Origin: Mytilus trossulus | Taxonomy: Eukaryota | DNA: 64,000 nt | Reading direction: 5' to 3' | NCBI RefSeq assembly: GCF_036588685.1 | Contig: NC_086381.1 | Span: forward strand, 41,788,001 to 41,852,000 | In this document: piece after piece, positions 27,401 to 42,400 of the stretch | Numbering within the stretch: position 1 is the first letter of the stretch | How the letters are laid out: every line of letters begins with the position of its first letter | Program-made: the position numbers and the translations under genes | Notes under the pieces: generated by a model | What the model saw: the letters and a program-made list of their open reading frames with translations, nothing else | Told to the model about the DNA's origin: nothing | Databases searched by the model: none

Positions 27401-30400
27401 ATGCGGTCAAATAATGTTGTTGTACAAGTCAGCCTGAGCTATCAAAAATACTGAAATTTTGTTACGTATCAATATATTTAATAAAAGAAGACAATGTTGG
27501 CACCCTAAATGTATGGGGACACAATTTATTAGTTAATATATTCCAAGATTGCTGTCATTTGTATTATACACTGAATCCTGATATATAGATTTACAAAATA
27601 AAGTGGAAATATGGTAAGTTTTGGCTGATTTCAAAATTATTTATTGTACAAGGCAGCATAAAGTATCAAAACTACTGAAATTTTGATACGTAGCAATATA
27701 CATACATGTAATTATTGAATAAAAGACATGCTGGTACCCTAAATATGCGGTATTTTTTTTAGTTATTGTATTCAAATATTGCTGTCATTTGTATTGTACA
27801 TTGAATTCTGATTAAAAAAAAATGGCTGATTCACTATGCGGGTGTATAGATTTACACAATAAATAGCAAATATGGTCAGTTTAGGTTGATGCAGTCAAAT
27901 AATTTTGTTGTACAGATCAGTCTGAGATATCAAAACTACTAAAATTTGGTTACATTTCAATATATCAAATAAAAGGAGGACTTGCTGGCACCCTTAACTT
28001 ATGCAGACACAATTTTGTAGTTATTGTTTTTCCAATATTGCTTGCATTTGTATTATAAATTCAATCCCGACATAAAAATTTGACTGATTTACTATGCCGC
28101 TAAATAGATTTACATGATAAAGTGCAAATATGGTCAGTTTTGGTTGAAGCCGTAAAATAATTTTGTCGTACGAGTCAGCCTGAGGTATCAAAACTACAAA
28201 TTTTGTTACGCATCAATATATTGAACAAAATAAGGACATGTTGGCACTCTTACTATGTGCAGACAAACTTTTGTAGTCATGTATTCCAATTATGCTTTAT
28301 TTTGTATTATAAATTCTATCCTGACATTAAAAAATTGCTGATATATTATGCGGCTATATAAATATACAGTATATAGTGCAAATGTGGTTGAATTTAATAG
28401 GGATTGCAATGTATATGCAATGCCCGTAAGCATTGTAACTAGGATCATATTTTAATATATAGAAAGGCAGATCACGGATACATTTGTATAACAAGCAACT
28501 TTTTCTGCGTACTTTATTTACAAATATATGTATTTAATCTTGTTTATATATCGGATTTATGATTTTACTTTTTGATGTATATTCCAAGAAACAAAGATAT
28601 TAGAAAAACATTGTTTTTAAACTATGAGCGGTCCTGGTTACAAATTAACTTAGTGTTGAGCAGACTAGTCAAAAGTTAACATGAGAACAGGTCTGGTTGC
28701 AATCGGAATTGTCAAATTAAAGTTAACTTAATATGTTAACTTTATGACAGGACTGGTTTCGAAGTTAACTTACGTTACCTTTATTGCAGGACTGGTTTCG
28801 AAGTTAACTTATATTATAGATTTTTGTCCTAGGACCAGGTCCGCTTTACAAGTTAACTAGATATTGGTCATAAGACTGGCCTAAACAGTTCTAAATCCTG
28901 TCATGGCTAACTTTGATCAGTCCAAATGACTGGTTATCAAGTTATCTTGCTTTGGGCGATTGGTGCAAAGAATGAATTTAGCTTATTATTTGTTTCCAAT
29001 TATATTTTTAAATGAAGAAGTACCTGTGCCATGCCTTGAGCATGTAGTTCAGCCTTTCCGTGAAGAATGGAATTGGAAGTGTAATTATCAAATAGTCGCC
29101 ATTCAACCTGATTTAATCCACTGTCGAAATCAAACGCCTCCCATTCAATGCTGTAAAATTTCATAAATGTGATAAAAAGCATCAATTAGATTTCATTAAC
29201 GTATCGACAGAGTTAAAACGATTAATTTAAAAAACAACATAAAGGTAAATAAAAAACCGTAAAATCACCCATATACATGTACACATTTAAAAACATGCTA
29301 AAATTCCTTGTTTTGTATATACAAAATATTGTCTGTAACTGGTAATATCAATTAAAGTTATGCACATGTAAAAAGGTATGCAGCAAAAAGTTATCATCAA
29401 GTTTATACTTACGTCATTTTAGAAAAATCCTCTATACTGTGAACAGATATATTTACGTTATCCCCACGTGATAACCATAAGTTTTCAATGCGAGGAGGGC
29501 TGACATCTTTGTAAACAACTACTGTTTCTTCTGCAAACTTTTCTAATATGTCATAAGCCCTTACAGTTATGTCCAATCTATTTCCGTCATTCCATGGTAC
29601 ATTGATATGTCCAAATTGTGATAGCACATCCACTGTTGGCGTAAACGCTTGTTGCGCAGAAAGTGCTGGACTATATACTTCATATTTCACTTCAAATCTC
29701 ACCACACCTATGTTAAAGTATCCCCCAAAAATTAATACTCAGTTATAATGTTCTTACTTTAATATCTGTTTCTTGTTATTCCTGAGTTATTTTTTTTTTA
29801 AAGTCAAATGACTGCGTACAAGTTCGAGAAAATATTTAAAAGATGCAATTCAATAAACTTAGGGTTTAAACTAAATTAATGCATGATTCTTTGAGCATTA
29901 TTTCATACCAATTTGCAGCTTTATGAAATAATTCGAAAGGAATAACTTATGTTCAGCTATACTTTTTAGGCTTTACTATTGAAAAAGATTAATCTGAACG
30001 TCTTTTCCCGTTGATCTGTAATTTATTTTCCATGTAATAAAAACGTTTTGATATGACATGGTATTATTTTTTTTGACATTGTTGAAGGCCGTAAGGTGAC
30101 CTGTATTTGTTCGGTTTTGTGTCATTTGGTCTAACGTCGAGAGATGGTTCGTTGATAATCATACCACATATTCTTATTGTTAGATCAACTGCAAAATATT
30201 AACAATAATGTTTTGTTCTCTTATGCGGTTAAATTGATGTTGTCAACTGACCTGTATCCTGCGAGTCACACTCGTGAATTTCACCCCATACGATGGGTGG
30301 TTAAATAGCTCGTAAATTATTGGTTTTACCAAAAATTATTGATCCCTGAATCGAAACAGTTTTAAAAATAAGCAAAATGACCACAAAACTATATGTGGTG

Positions 30401-33400
30401 AACTTTGTAAAAAAGATCTATCGGTTCATATCCAACAGCTAATGGATTTCGGGTAAAGACATAATTAACAGTCAAAACAAATATGAAATTGTTCTAAGTA
30501 GCTTAAATTACCATGAGCATTAGGAATTTCGTCTACACTACGTTTCCCATAATGATCATCATATTCACCGACAACGTCAGATAGACTTCCTACACTACCC
30601 AACCAATGATTCTGTTTATGTCTAAAGTTTATAAAACGATCCCTCCATGATACTTTCAAAGTTTTGTCGCTAACAGAAATCCAAGTATAATTTGTGTCTT
30701 TTGATGATTGTTCAACAATAGTTCTTTTCCCTGCCATTATATTAACTTTGGACTGGTTGTCGTAAAAGATCACACATCTTGTAGCTTTATAATTGAGCGC
30801 TTTGTCATAGACAATGAGTGTTGCGGAGTATAGTCCTGGTGACTTTAAAGTTATGACAGCCTATATAAACACAAATTTATAATAAAGATATAAAAATAAA
30901 AAATGAATTTTAATTATATTTGCATCTTATGTAAAATCTGGGTTTTAATTTACTTTTTTCAAATGAATATCGTTATTTTTTAACGCAACCGGTGTATTTG
31001 CAAAAAGAAAATGCCCTTTTTACCCTCTTTGCCGTGGTATTTGCCAAAAAATACTCTATCCGACTGGACGCTTGTAACGTCATGATCATCAATGCGCTTT
31101 TAAACATTTACATTCGGTGATATTAAACAGATATAGCATGTTCGTGAGGGGTATTTGCGAAAAATACCAGCCTTGAGAATGAATTTCCTTCGCCTTACGG
31201 CTCGCGAAATTTAACATTCTCTCGACTGGTATTTTTCTCAAATACCCCTCCTTGACATGATATATCTGTTTAATGTAAGTCAAAAGGAATATGCAATATT
31301 TTCAATTTTCAAATATCAATTAAAGATTATGCTATTAAAAGCTTTTGATTAAAGCCGTCCTTTGACATGATATACAATATTTTATGTTCTCGAGTATTGA
31401 CTCTCCTTATGGATCATGAATTTTATGATTTTATCTGCTCTTACACGTATGACATATGTTTTTGATTTTTAATTCTTTTGGACCTCTAGCATGTCTAGTA
31501 TCACTGAAAGACTACAGTTGTTAAAATGCATATTTGCTAATGAAATATTGATATCGCCAGTATAATCCGACTTATACATGTTATAATTCTAAGCAATGCA
31601 GTGTGTATGTAACAATTTAAGGTAATTTTGAAATTCACTATTTTTCTGTTGACATTTTATTAAGAATACTTAATGTCAATCTCCATCTTTTGAATTTCAA
31701 ATATTAAATTTCAAATTTACATTTCCTTAATCAGTGTTGAAAAATGTTGTCTTTTAGGCGATTACAATTGATTTGTTATGTACTTGCATTTGGCTGACTT
31801 ATCGCAATGTTTAAATTTTGTGCCACCATTTTTGTTCCTTGAACTAATTTTGAGCCATCAGATGCTAATTCGAACACTTGATATTCGTAGTGATGAAGAC
31901 CAGCCATGTCATCTTTCCATCCATCCCAAGAGATTGGTACATTTGCCTGAACAAACAAAAATGGACAATTAGCTTGATATACTAAACTGAAGAAAATAGA
32001 AAAAATTCAAAACGGAAAATTCATCATCAAATGACAAATTAAAAATCTCAAATACATCAAACGAAGGGAAATCATCCGTCATATCATTAATATAGAAGAG
32101 GCATTTTCTCATAGACCATGGTGGTTTAAATAAGACTTGTATTGCTAGCGTAACCTCACTCTTGTAAGACAGTCGCATAGAAACTTATTATATTGCCAAT
32201 AATGTATGCGCAAAACAAACAGAGATGATAAGAAAAAATGTCAAAAATTGGGAAACACTAAGCAGTGTGTCACAACATGAATCACTTTAAAAGCGAAAAA
32301 CTATGTCAACAACGAAAAAAGGCACAAATAAAATCTAAAGACAAAGCGCAGCAACAATAAAAGTACAACAAGTCAATAGTCAGTTAAAAATGTAACGGTT
32401 GCTTAGAACTTGTTATGATGATATACAGTTTGAAAACGAAGTGCAAAGGAAACATAGCTTTATTTATAGTGCACTCGTTCTATTTCAGCAGTGAAAATAT
32501 GTTGACTGTTTATTTCTATTTCATATACAGTCACTGACCCGATATTAAGTTTCCTCATGAATATCTAAATAGAAACTGCCGCAACTATGTTTAATTATCC
32601 ATACGACCTCTTTATCCTGCTCTTGTCTCCAATGTGTACAAGTGTAATGTTATGTCCACTGTAATTATTTTTGTCATATGACCGTTTTTGGTTATCGTCT
32701 GTTAACGTCATTAAGTCAAATGGCTATCCTGCTATAAGAGATTAACATAGCATGTTCTCCAAGGTCACGTAGTAAATACTTTTATTTGATTCATATGTTT
32801 TATTTTTGTAAACAAAGAGTTGGAGAATATTTGGAGAATATTTGGAGAATATTTGGAGATTATTTAGGTCAGTTGGAGAATATTTGGTGATCAGTGGTAT
32901 ATAAGAGCTTTCTGTTAAGAACGATACAATGTGAAACGTTAAAAAGGATTTTTGTTATTCTAGCCACTACATTATTTTTGATACATCTTAGCAGATTACT
33001 GATAGCTTTGGAATTATTAATAATTCTTTATATTTTGTCCGCACAGTATTGGACACTGTTGCGTGGTTCCTCTTAGTATTGGACACTGATGCGTGGTTTT
33101 GTTCGCACAGTATTTGACACTGTTGCGTGGTTCCGCTCAGTATTGGACACTGAAGCGTGTTTTTGAACGCTATGCGTGGTTTTTGTGTGTGCACAGTATT
33201 GGACACTGTTGCCGATTTTATACGGAGTGCGTGGTTTTGTTCGCACAGTATTTGACACTGTTGCGTGGTTCCGCTCAGTATTGGACACTGAAGCGTGGTT
33301 TTGTCCACACACTATTGGACACTGTTGCGTGGTTTTGTCCGCATAGTATTGGACGCTATGCGTGGTTTTTGTGTGTGCACAGTATTGGACACTGTTGCCG

Positions 33401-36400
33401 ATTTTATACGGAGTGCCGTTTATGATACCGTGTGAAAGTAATTTGCTAATGCATATTTGAACTATACATTTTGTAAACTGTATATATAATGTTAATAGTG
33501 TCCTGGAAGGGAATTTTAATAAATAGATTAGTGAATTTACTTGTATATTTCTTTGACAACAAGACTACAGATTATTGGATTATTTTGTTCTTGAATTCTC
33601 TATGATTTTAATATAACCGGCCTGACCAGAACGTTTCATGTTACTCGACCGCCAGATGGCAAATGTATACAACGATGCTTGGAACGACTCAAACTTATTT
33701 CTTATACAATTTTTGAAAAACTTATTTGACTTGTTAATATGTTTTTTTTAAACCTATAAATCATTATTTGTTATGCTTATTGATGATTTTTAGTCCATAG
33801 GCAAACGAATCCGTTATGTTGTATATTTCTCTGCCTGATATGAGGCCTTTTTAAAGGGTGATTTTCCCTAATATTTAATAAATCATAACATTAACACATT
33901 TAACAACGTTAACAATTGAAAATGTACATATAATGATTCGGCCCGAAACTTGGAAAAAGCTCGACAGAGCCTTGCATTTACCCGTTCCTAAGCCTCATCC
34001 TTTTATCGTTGATATATTAAGTCATTGTACTATAATTATCTATATAGCAGTGTATGGCAGATAGGGTTATCAATATTTTATTTATGTCTAGGTGAAGAAT
34101 TGAAATTCACAAATGCACCTCTTTCACATGACAATCTGATAGACGAAAATCTATATAGCAATGTATGGCAGATTGGGTAATCAATATTTGACTTATGTCC
34201 AGGTGAAGAATTCAAATTGACAAATGCACCTCTTTCATATGACAATCTGATAGACGAGAATGAAAGTAACACATATCTTAAAGCTCGTGGTTTTTTTCAA
34301 ATAGAAAAAAAATCGACAATATTCAAAAATGCAGACAATTAAACATGTTAAATAATCGATGGAGTTAAGAGGGCTTCTGAAAAATTGAAATTGAAGAATA
34401 GTGCATTGTAAATAGTGAAAATAGATATGACACATATTATCAGGACAGCTCGAACAGATAGAAAACAATATTCTCCCTTATAAAATACATTTGTCTGCCA
34501 AAACTTCATATACATGTTAAAGCCTTAGATCATGTGTCGTTCAATAAGATTTATGTTCATCTTTAACAATGGCCTACGCTCCGATTTTGTATTAGAACAC
34601 ATTGAATGACTTAAACATGTTTTTACGTTTACAGTTTCTATCTATGTTTCTCTATCACAAAAATGGATACAAATCATCATTTAAGAGCTTGACTTGTTGA
34701 TCACATATACTGTCTAAATCCCTCAATATGTCAGATGTTTTTTGCATACTGACAAAATCGTTATTAAGATGCAGAAACTGTTCTCAGTACATGTGTGACA
34801 ATTTCGGATATCCTTTGTAGATCTTGTCTCCGTAATGCTGTTTTTATTTTGCTTTATATGTGATTGGTTCCCTTAAAATGCAAAAAAGATAAATATATCT
34901 CCGTTGTTATAGAAATTAGAATAAATGTATCCAAGCATGTATTTTTATCCAAGCATGTATTTTTGTCATTTTTCCTAATGAGTTTTGCCTCAATGGGGTA
35001 AAAAACAGTAAAATCAGAAAAATACTGAGCTTAGAGGAAAATCAATTCGGAAAGTCCATGATCACATGGCAAAATCAAATAACAAAACGCATCAAAAACG
35101 AATGGACAAGGACTGTCATATTTCTGACTTGGTACAGGCATTTTCAAATGTAGAAAATCAGCAATTTCAGTTTGATTCAGGCGTTATTCCTATCATTTAA
35201 CATGTATAGGATATTGTTCCGGCTAGCCTGATAAATAGACAATCCGTACAAAATAGGTTTAATCTTTTTTTCAAATTATGTATGTAAATGATAAGTGCAC
35301 TAACGTTTTACAGTCTACATTACACTTTTACATGTTTTACACCGCAATCGAAGGCAAGGCACATGGTTCCGTAGAACCTTTACAAATTTACAGGAAATGT
35401 TTGCTCTAAATTTTTAGTCATTTTAAATTGTTTTTTATTAGTTGATGTAAACTATTTCAAGTATGAAAAGAAGATGTGGTATAATTGGCAATGGGACAAA
35501 TCTTTACAAGAGACCAAATGACACAGAATTTAACAACTATGTATCATGTCACAAGCATTCAACAATGATCAAAACATATACCGCAAAGAAAGCTTGATAG
35601 GGACCTGTAAAAACTCCAGTAATTTATTCAAAACCGCACTATATAGTCAAGCAGATCGTTCATGTGTATCACGTGATTAGGCACCTATTGAAATTTCACA
35701 GGCGAGTTTCGAAGCAGTCAACACATGGCCATTGCGTAACTGCTGAGTTTCGATTGGTTAAAAATAGTAGTTGTATATCATAATTGTCAGTGAAGGACAC
35801 GAATATTCCAAGGCGTATAATTAAAACACTCAAGGGTTTACGGCCCGTTTTTTTTATGTTCGTACATGTACAGCATGTAGTATTACCGTCAACTGGTCTG
35901 TGATATATGGTGTCGGAGATATAAATGGTGGTATCATTGATATGATTACTACTCGATATTTGCTAATATTAATAACAACGCCAAGAGTCGGTGAAATTAT
36001 CCGTTAGAAATATACAAAGAAGTCAGTTAAAATATATGTTAAATGAATCGAGCAGTCCATGCGTAAGTATGCAGTTTGAGGTTGTCATTCCCCCATTGAA
36101 GTTATCATTGCAGTACAAGTAGAAATTCAATTGTTCTTATCATCAATTTAGAATCAACCAAAACTATGTGCAAATACTTATTTTTCGTCCATTTTATTTT
36201 AAAAGAAATTAAAGGGGAACAACCCATTTCCCCCCAGTACTTGCACCGTTCAACAATACCGGAAAGTGTGCAGAGTTGATGGTGGTGTGATTGTTAAGAT
36301 ACGTGTTATCTATTCATAACTTTATACATGTAGTAACTTTTGTTTCGTATCTTTATTTAGTTTCATTTGAAATTTCATTATATTTTTATAACATTGGCCA

Positions 36401-39400
36401 CATCATGCACATGACAATCCAAAAAACTTACTTCGTTACAGGTACCAAAACGATAATGTAAACCCATGCAAACGAGAAAACTAACGCCCTAACTAATGTA
36501 CAATGCAGACATAACCGAAAAACAAATATGTTACATTTCAACAAACGAAAGCCACTGAATTACAGGCTCATGACTTGGGACAGGCACACGCATACAGAAT
36601 GTGGCGGGGTTCAACATGTTAACGGTATCCCAAAAGACTTCCTAACCTCGGACAGTGGTGTAACAGTACAGCATTAATATGAGGTTTTCTATTTCTATTT
36701 CTATTGCAATATCTAATCAAAACTCATCCTTTGTAAAGCACTTTTATCTATTATACCATAGACGAAATAGGAAATATTGCTTTTTCGTAAAGGATTGATA
36801 TATTTTCATTCGAATTGTGATGATTTTTTTTTTAAATTTTGACCTGCGTTGAATTCCTGAGACAGATATTTAAAAACACATAACATGTGTGTCACCTTTT
36901 CTGTTACATCCGCTGATATCATAGGAGGATTTGAACATTTGGCAACACATTGGTGGTAAGGCTTTATAAGATCCCACTGAAAAGTGTAGCTTTGTGAATG
37001 TGTCTTTCCTTTTAATGATACTGTTATGTTGCGTGAAGCCTCTCTATCAATATACTTCAAATATCCTCCACTCTTCAATGTCCATTTGAAAGTCAATCTA
37101 TGATAAATAAAATTGAAATATCCGTGTAGATCTTTCAATCAGTTTCAAAAAGTGAAAAGAATTATTTTGTAGGATTTCTCAAGGTAAAGAAGGAATGGTT
37201 AAAAGAACATAGTAGTAATTTGACAAAAGACGTGAAACTAGTTCTTATAAAACGTTGACATAGTCAATATTGTAATTTAATACACGTTTAATTCAAACGA
37301 GTCAATTTATTAATTTCCTTACCTGTAACCATGCCGTTTGTCCCAAGCTGCTATATCAACTGCCTTGTTTGGTTTTTTTCTGTTGCAGTGTGCATGTAAT
37401 AATGGGTTGTTTCTACTGTTAAAGCAAGTAAAACTGCGTACTTCAGTGGTATGACTACCACCTAAAATATACAATCACTAACTTATGTAACATGTTAAAG
37501 TTTGTTTGGAAAAATGATGATAATAACTATAGGATGTTATGAATAAATAAAGGCAACAGTAGTATACCACTGTTCAAAACTCATAAATCCGTGGACAAAA
37601 AACAAAATCAAGGTAACAAACTAAAACCGAGGGATGACATTTATGAGCCTGTGTCCCTCCCTTAGGTATATGTGCATCATACCCTACATAGTCGTTGATC
37701 CAAAAGGGGGATCTGGGTGTTGAAACCCTTTTTTTGGACGACCAATACATTTGAAATATGACATGGGTTGAGAATCCCATTGTGGACTAGAGTAGAATGC
37801 ATGACAAAAATATCTTTTTAGTTATTCGTGTATTGCTAATCACTTTTCTTGATTACAATTTATCTCTATCTTCTTCAGTGTTTTGCCCAAAATACAAAAA
37901 AAAAAAGGGTGAACTAAATTCTATAAAGACTCTATTGGCGATCTTGGTAAACAAATATAAATTTTGTCTTTAATTTTTAATATCTAAAAACTCTATCTAT
38001 TTGTCAAATATTGGTAAATTTGTAATTAAAAAGCCTAATTATTTTGGTCCTATTGACTTTTTCGTAGATCTAGTCTTTGATCATTTTCGCTATCTAAAGG
38101 GGCTTTCTTTCTAAAATATTTTTCAAGATAACAGGCATAATGCTAGAAATGGATTAAAGTAGGCACAAAAGCGCAATTACTTGAATAAGGAGTGAACTGA
38201 CGATTTCGGCCAGTAAACTTATTTGTTGATCTTAACAGGCTCCTGACTTAGGACAGGTGTATTAAAATGAAGCGAGTTAAAACGTTATAACAGGTGCCAA
38301 CCCTCACTCTAAATAGAGACAGTAGTGCAACAGTACAACATAAAAAGACACACTGTTAAGCATCAATTGAAATTACTTAACTCGATAAAAAAGAACATGT
38401 TAACAAAAACAAGTAAACAAACACTGAAAGAATAATTTTCATCTATGACAAATTATAAATACAATATTAACATATAAATGTATGTGCGCATATAAAATAT
38501 ACATGTAGTAACAAAAAGTATAAACGATGAGTGACAGTTTATCTTTTTCTATTATAGTTTTGAAGGATAAGACATAAAGACAAATGAGTTATACAAATCG
38601 TAATTAAAGGGCAATAAAAAAGTTCTATTGCATGTATGCATAAAATATAATTTTTAAATAGTACTATTCGTGACAAATGAGCATTAACTCCGAAACAAAG
38701 TAATCATTAATGGACACTACATAGACACCATCATTCTGAAGATGTATGCCGCTGTCAGATATTCTCTATTAATATCAGTTTTCAAGACAATAGACACAAC
38801 TTGCAATTTACCCCTATATTCAATTGTCATCCATGTCTTTCATGTTGTTCGGCAAACGAATTCACCGGACAAATTTTCTAAATAAGTTACCCTAGTGATT
38901 AATGTGGCCTAGCTTGGTAAGATTTGGTTATGTATCTGTAGTTTTCTGATTAAAGAGTAGTTGAGTTTTCTAAAAGTTTACGACGGACGACGAACGCCAC
39001 ATGAAGAGAAATTCTCACTTTGCCTTTTGGACCTTGTGAGCTAAAAATAATTAACCAAATAAGTAGTAAATAATAAAAATAATCATAAAGTACTATTTTT
39101 TAAGGCTAAAACGTTTCGTGTTTTATGCATAGGTATTATAACGATAAAAATGTGTAATTAACAAGACTTGTCGATTTTGCTATTAATTAAGGTATGATAA
39201 CTTTGATAGAAAAGTAAAAGGTTGTTGGTTGTTTTATGTAAACAAAAATATGAGACTCACGCGCATTTTCCGCAGGATTCAATAAATAAAAAAAAATGAC
39301 ATTGAAAAATGCATTACTGGTAACTCACAAAGAACTGATAGAGGAATTAATTGTGGTCTCGTGCCAAAAGGAACAGAAAAGGACAAAAGTGACATTATCA

Positions 39401-42400
39401 TATTTTCATTTGTTTAATTATGTAATCTAATGGTTGACGTGATGATTGTAAATATTACACAACAAAATAATTCATCTTCTACATTGTGCACAAGCAATGA
39501 TTCTTTACCATTATCCTATAAACGCAATGAAAAACCTTTAACATTTAATACATTGTTACACATTGTTTCACATTGTTTCGTCCTGTATAATAGTTTACAT
39601 CAAATCGACACTTATATTTATAAGTAAAAACAATACCCTTGTCATAACGTAGCTCCATGGCAGCATAAATGATCCCATATTTAAAGTCTGTTACAAAATG
39701 TGTTTCGCCGTTTCGATCCATATGTGGATGCCCGTTTAAATCTGGAAACTTGCTATTTAACTCCAATTCAGCAGTTTGGAAAGCAACATTGTTCGTCCAT
39801 CTTATAGGTTGAGGACCTGGTTCACTTGGATCGATTGGTGTAGTAATTATTTTGTCTGCCGCACCAACTTTCTGAATGAGTTTAGCTTCTGCATATTCTA
39901 CATCCATGTCTTTAATGACTACAATAAAAAAAGGTTACTAAATCTAACTTAACAAGAAAATAAAATTAAATTAAAAAAAATAGTACCAGACAAAATATTA
40001 CTTCAATTTAAAAATAAAAAACGTTTAATATGTGAAAACCAGGTGCTACGCAGGGCTTAGCTTTATACGACCACAGAGGTCGAACCTTGAACAGTTGGGG
40101 AAAGTATGGACACAACATTTAAGCTTGAATTTCTGAATTTGGATTGTGATGAAATAGTTGACACACCATAGGTTTCTGACACAGAATGAATGTGGTCTGA
40201 GAACTTATAAATAAACTTAAAAACTTAAAACTTTTAGTGTGGACATTTACCTATTATGGTCCAATATTCAAAATTTAAATACCAGGTTATGCCGTATTTG
40301 GCACAACTTTTTGGTATTTTGGATCCTCAATGCTCTTCAACTTTGTACTTGTTTGGTTTTATGAATATTTTGATATGAGCGTAACTGATGAGTCTTATGT
40401 GGACGAAACGCGCGTCTGGCGTACTAAATTATAATCCTGGTACCTTTGATAACTAATTAGATTCAGCATATCATAGAACCCAAAGAATTTAATTTTTGAT
40501 GAAATCGAATTATGACAGGCTATTATTTAAACTTGGAATTATTTTTAATTATGGACTTTGTATATTTTCTTGAGCTTGAATTTTTTAATAAATTCCATTT
40601 TTATTTTGTACTTTAATGTTTTGTGCTGTGCACAACACTTTCCATGAAAAGAAAATAGTACATTTTCAATACAATGTACTGTGCCGCGCACAACACTATC
40701 TATACAAAATACAATGTATGATAAGTGTTATGAACCGCTCAAAACATTATAATACCAAATAAACATGAACTTATCAAAAATTTCAAGCACAAGAATTTAT
40801 GAAAATTCCATCATTTGAAATAATTTCAAAGTCAAATAATAGCCTGTTTAATGTTCGATTTTAGACTCTTAAGACCTCAAAGTGGACCAATTTGATAACC
40901 GGGCTCAAATATTAAAAATCTAAATGCATGGTAAGATTCGGCATATTGAAGAACCCCATATATTGAATTTTTTGTTGAAATCAAACAAGTTTGATTTTTG
41001 ACCCTTTGGACCTTAATGTAGACCAATTTGAAAACGGGACAATACTATGCAATTGAATATTTCCTGCTATTGCGTAACATTGTGCAATTAAAAATTAATT
41101 GCTATTTCGCAATATTGTGCAATTAGATATTCCTTGCTATTGTGCAATACTGTGCAATTGAAATTTTTTTGCTATTACACAATACTGTTCAATTGAAGAT
41201 TTCTTGCGATTGTGCAATACTGTGCAATTGAAAATTTCTTGCTATTGCATAATACTTAATATAATAAATTTGGACCCCGATTTGGAAGACTGGACCCATA
41301 AGTAAAAATATAAGCACATGTTTAGATTCAGCATATAAAAGAACCCCAAGAATTCATTTTTTTGTTAATATCAAGCTAAGTTTAATTTTGGACCCTCTAA
41401 ACCTTAATGTAGATTAATTTGAAAACAGGACCAAAAAATTAAGAATCTGAATACACGGTTAGATTTAGTATATCAAAGAACCCCAATAATTCTTATTTAA
41501 TGAAATCAAACATGGTTTAATTTCGGACCCTTCTGGCCCCCTAGTTCGTTTGGACGATAAGTCCCAAAATCAATCCAAAACCTTCCTTTTGCGGTCATCA
41601 ACCTTGTGTTAACTTTTCATAGATTTCTATTAACTTATACTAAAGTTATAGTGTAAAAACCAAGAAAAATGCTTATTTCGGACCTGTTTTTGCCCCTAAT
41701 TCCTAAACAGTTGGGACTAAAACTCCTCAAATCAATCCCAACCTTCCTTTTGTGGTCATAGATCTTATGTTAAAATTTCATAGATTTCTGTTTACTTTTA
41801 CTAAAGTTAGAGTACGAAAACCAAATGTCTTCGGACGACGACGACGAGGATGCCAACGTAATACCAATGTTACGTTCAATTTTTGCGCTCGTATAAAAAT
41901 AAACTCTTTGAAGGGTTGGAGCTGAGAGAGAAGCGTGATCTTATTTTCTTTATATCTAATGAATATTTCCAACATTGTGTTGGTATGAAGTATGGTTATA
42001 ATAAAAGGAAAAATAATAATTATTTTTATTATTAGGCCAAAGTCCGAAATCAAAACAAGATGAAAAAATAGAAATTGAGGGTAATCTAGTAAACGATAAA
42101 CGATTTAATAGCAACAATACAAAGTACGTGAACAACTGGTTTACATTTCCGAAAAAAATAGTTATTCTGAAGTGGAATTTATTTTTACATATGATACGGA
42201 TCACCCAGTTAAATCCCGATAAAAATCATTTCGGACGTTCAAGCGATAATCAGGACAAAATTTGGGACGCAAAATTTTCAAATACCTTTCTTGAACTTGT
42301 GTCATGCTTATATCAGTTTATACATCATCCACATGTACATGATAGTGTATCTTATCAATTATAAATTGTTGCAAGTTTCAGATTTAGTTAAAAAAAATAC

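Noticed and set aside
32988-33425. Overlapping ORFs of 79-110 aa
   Set aside because: They are translations of a minisatellite.
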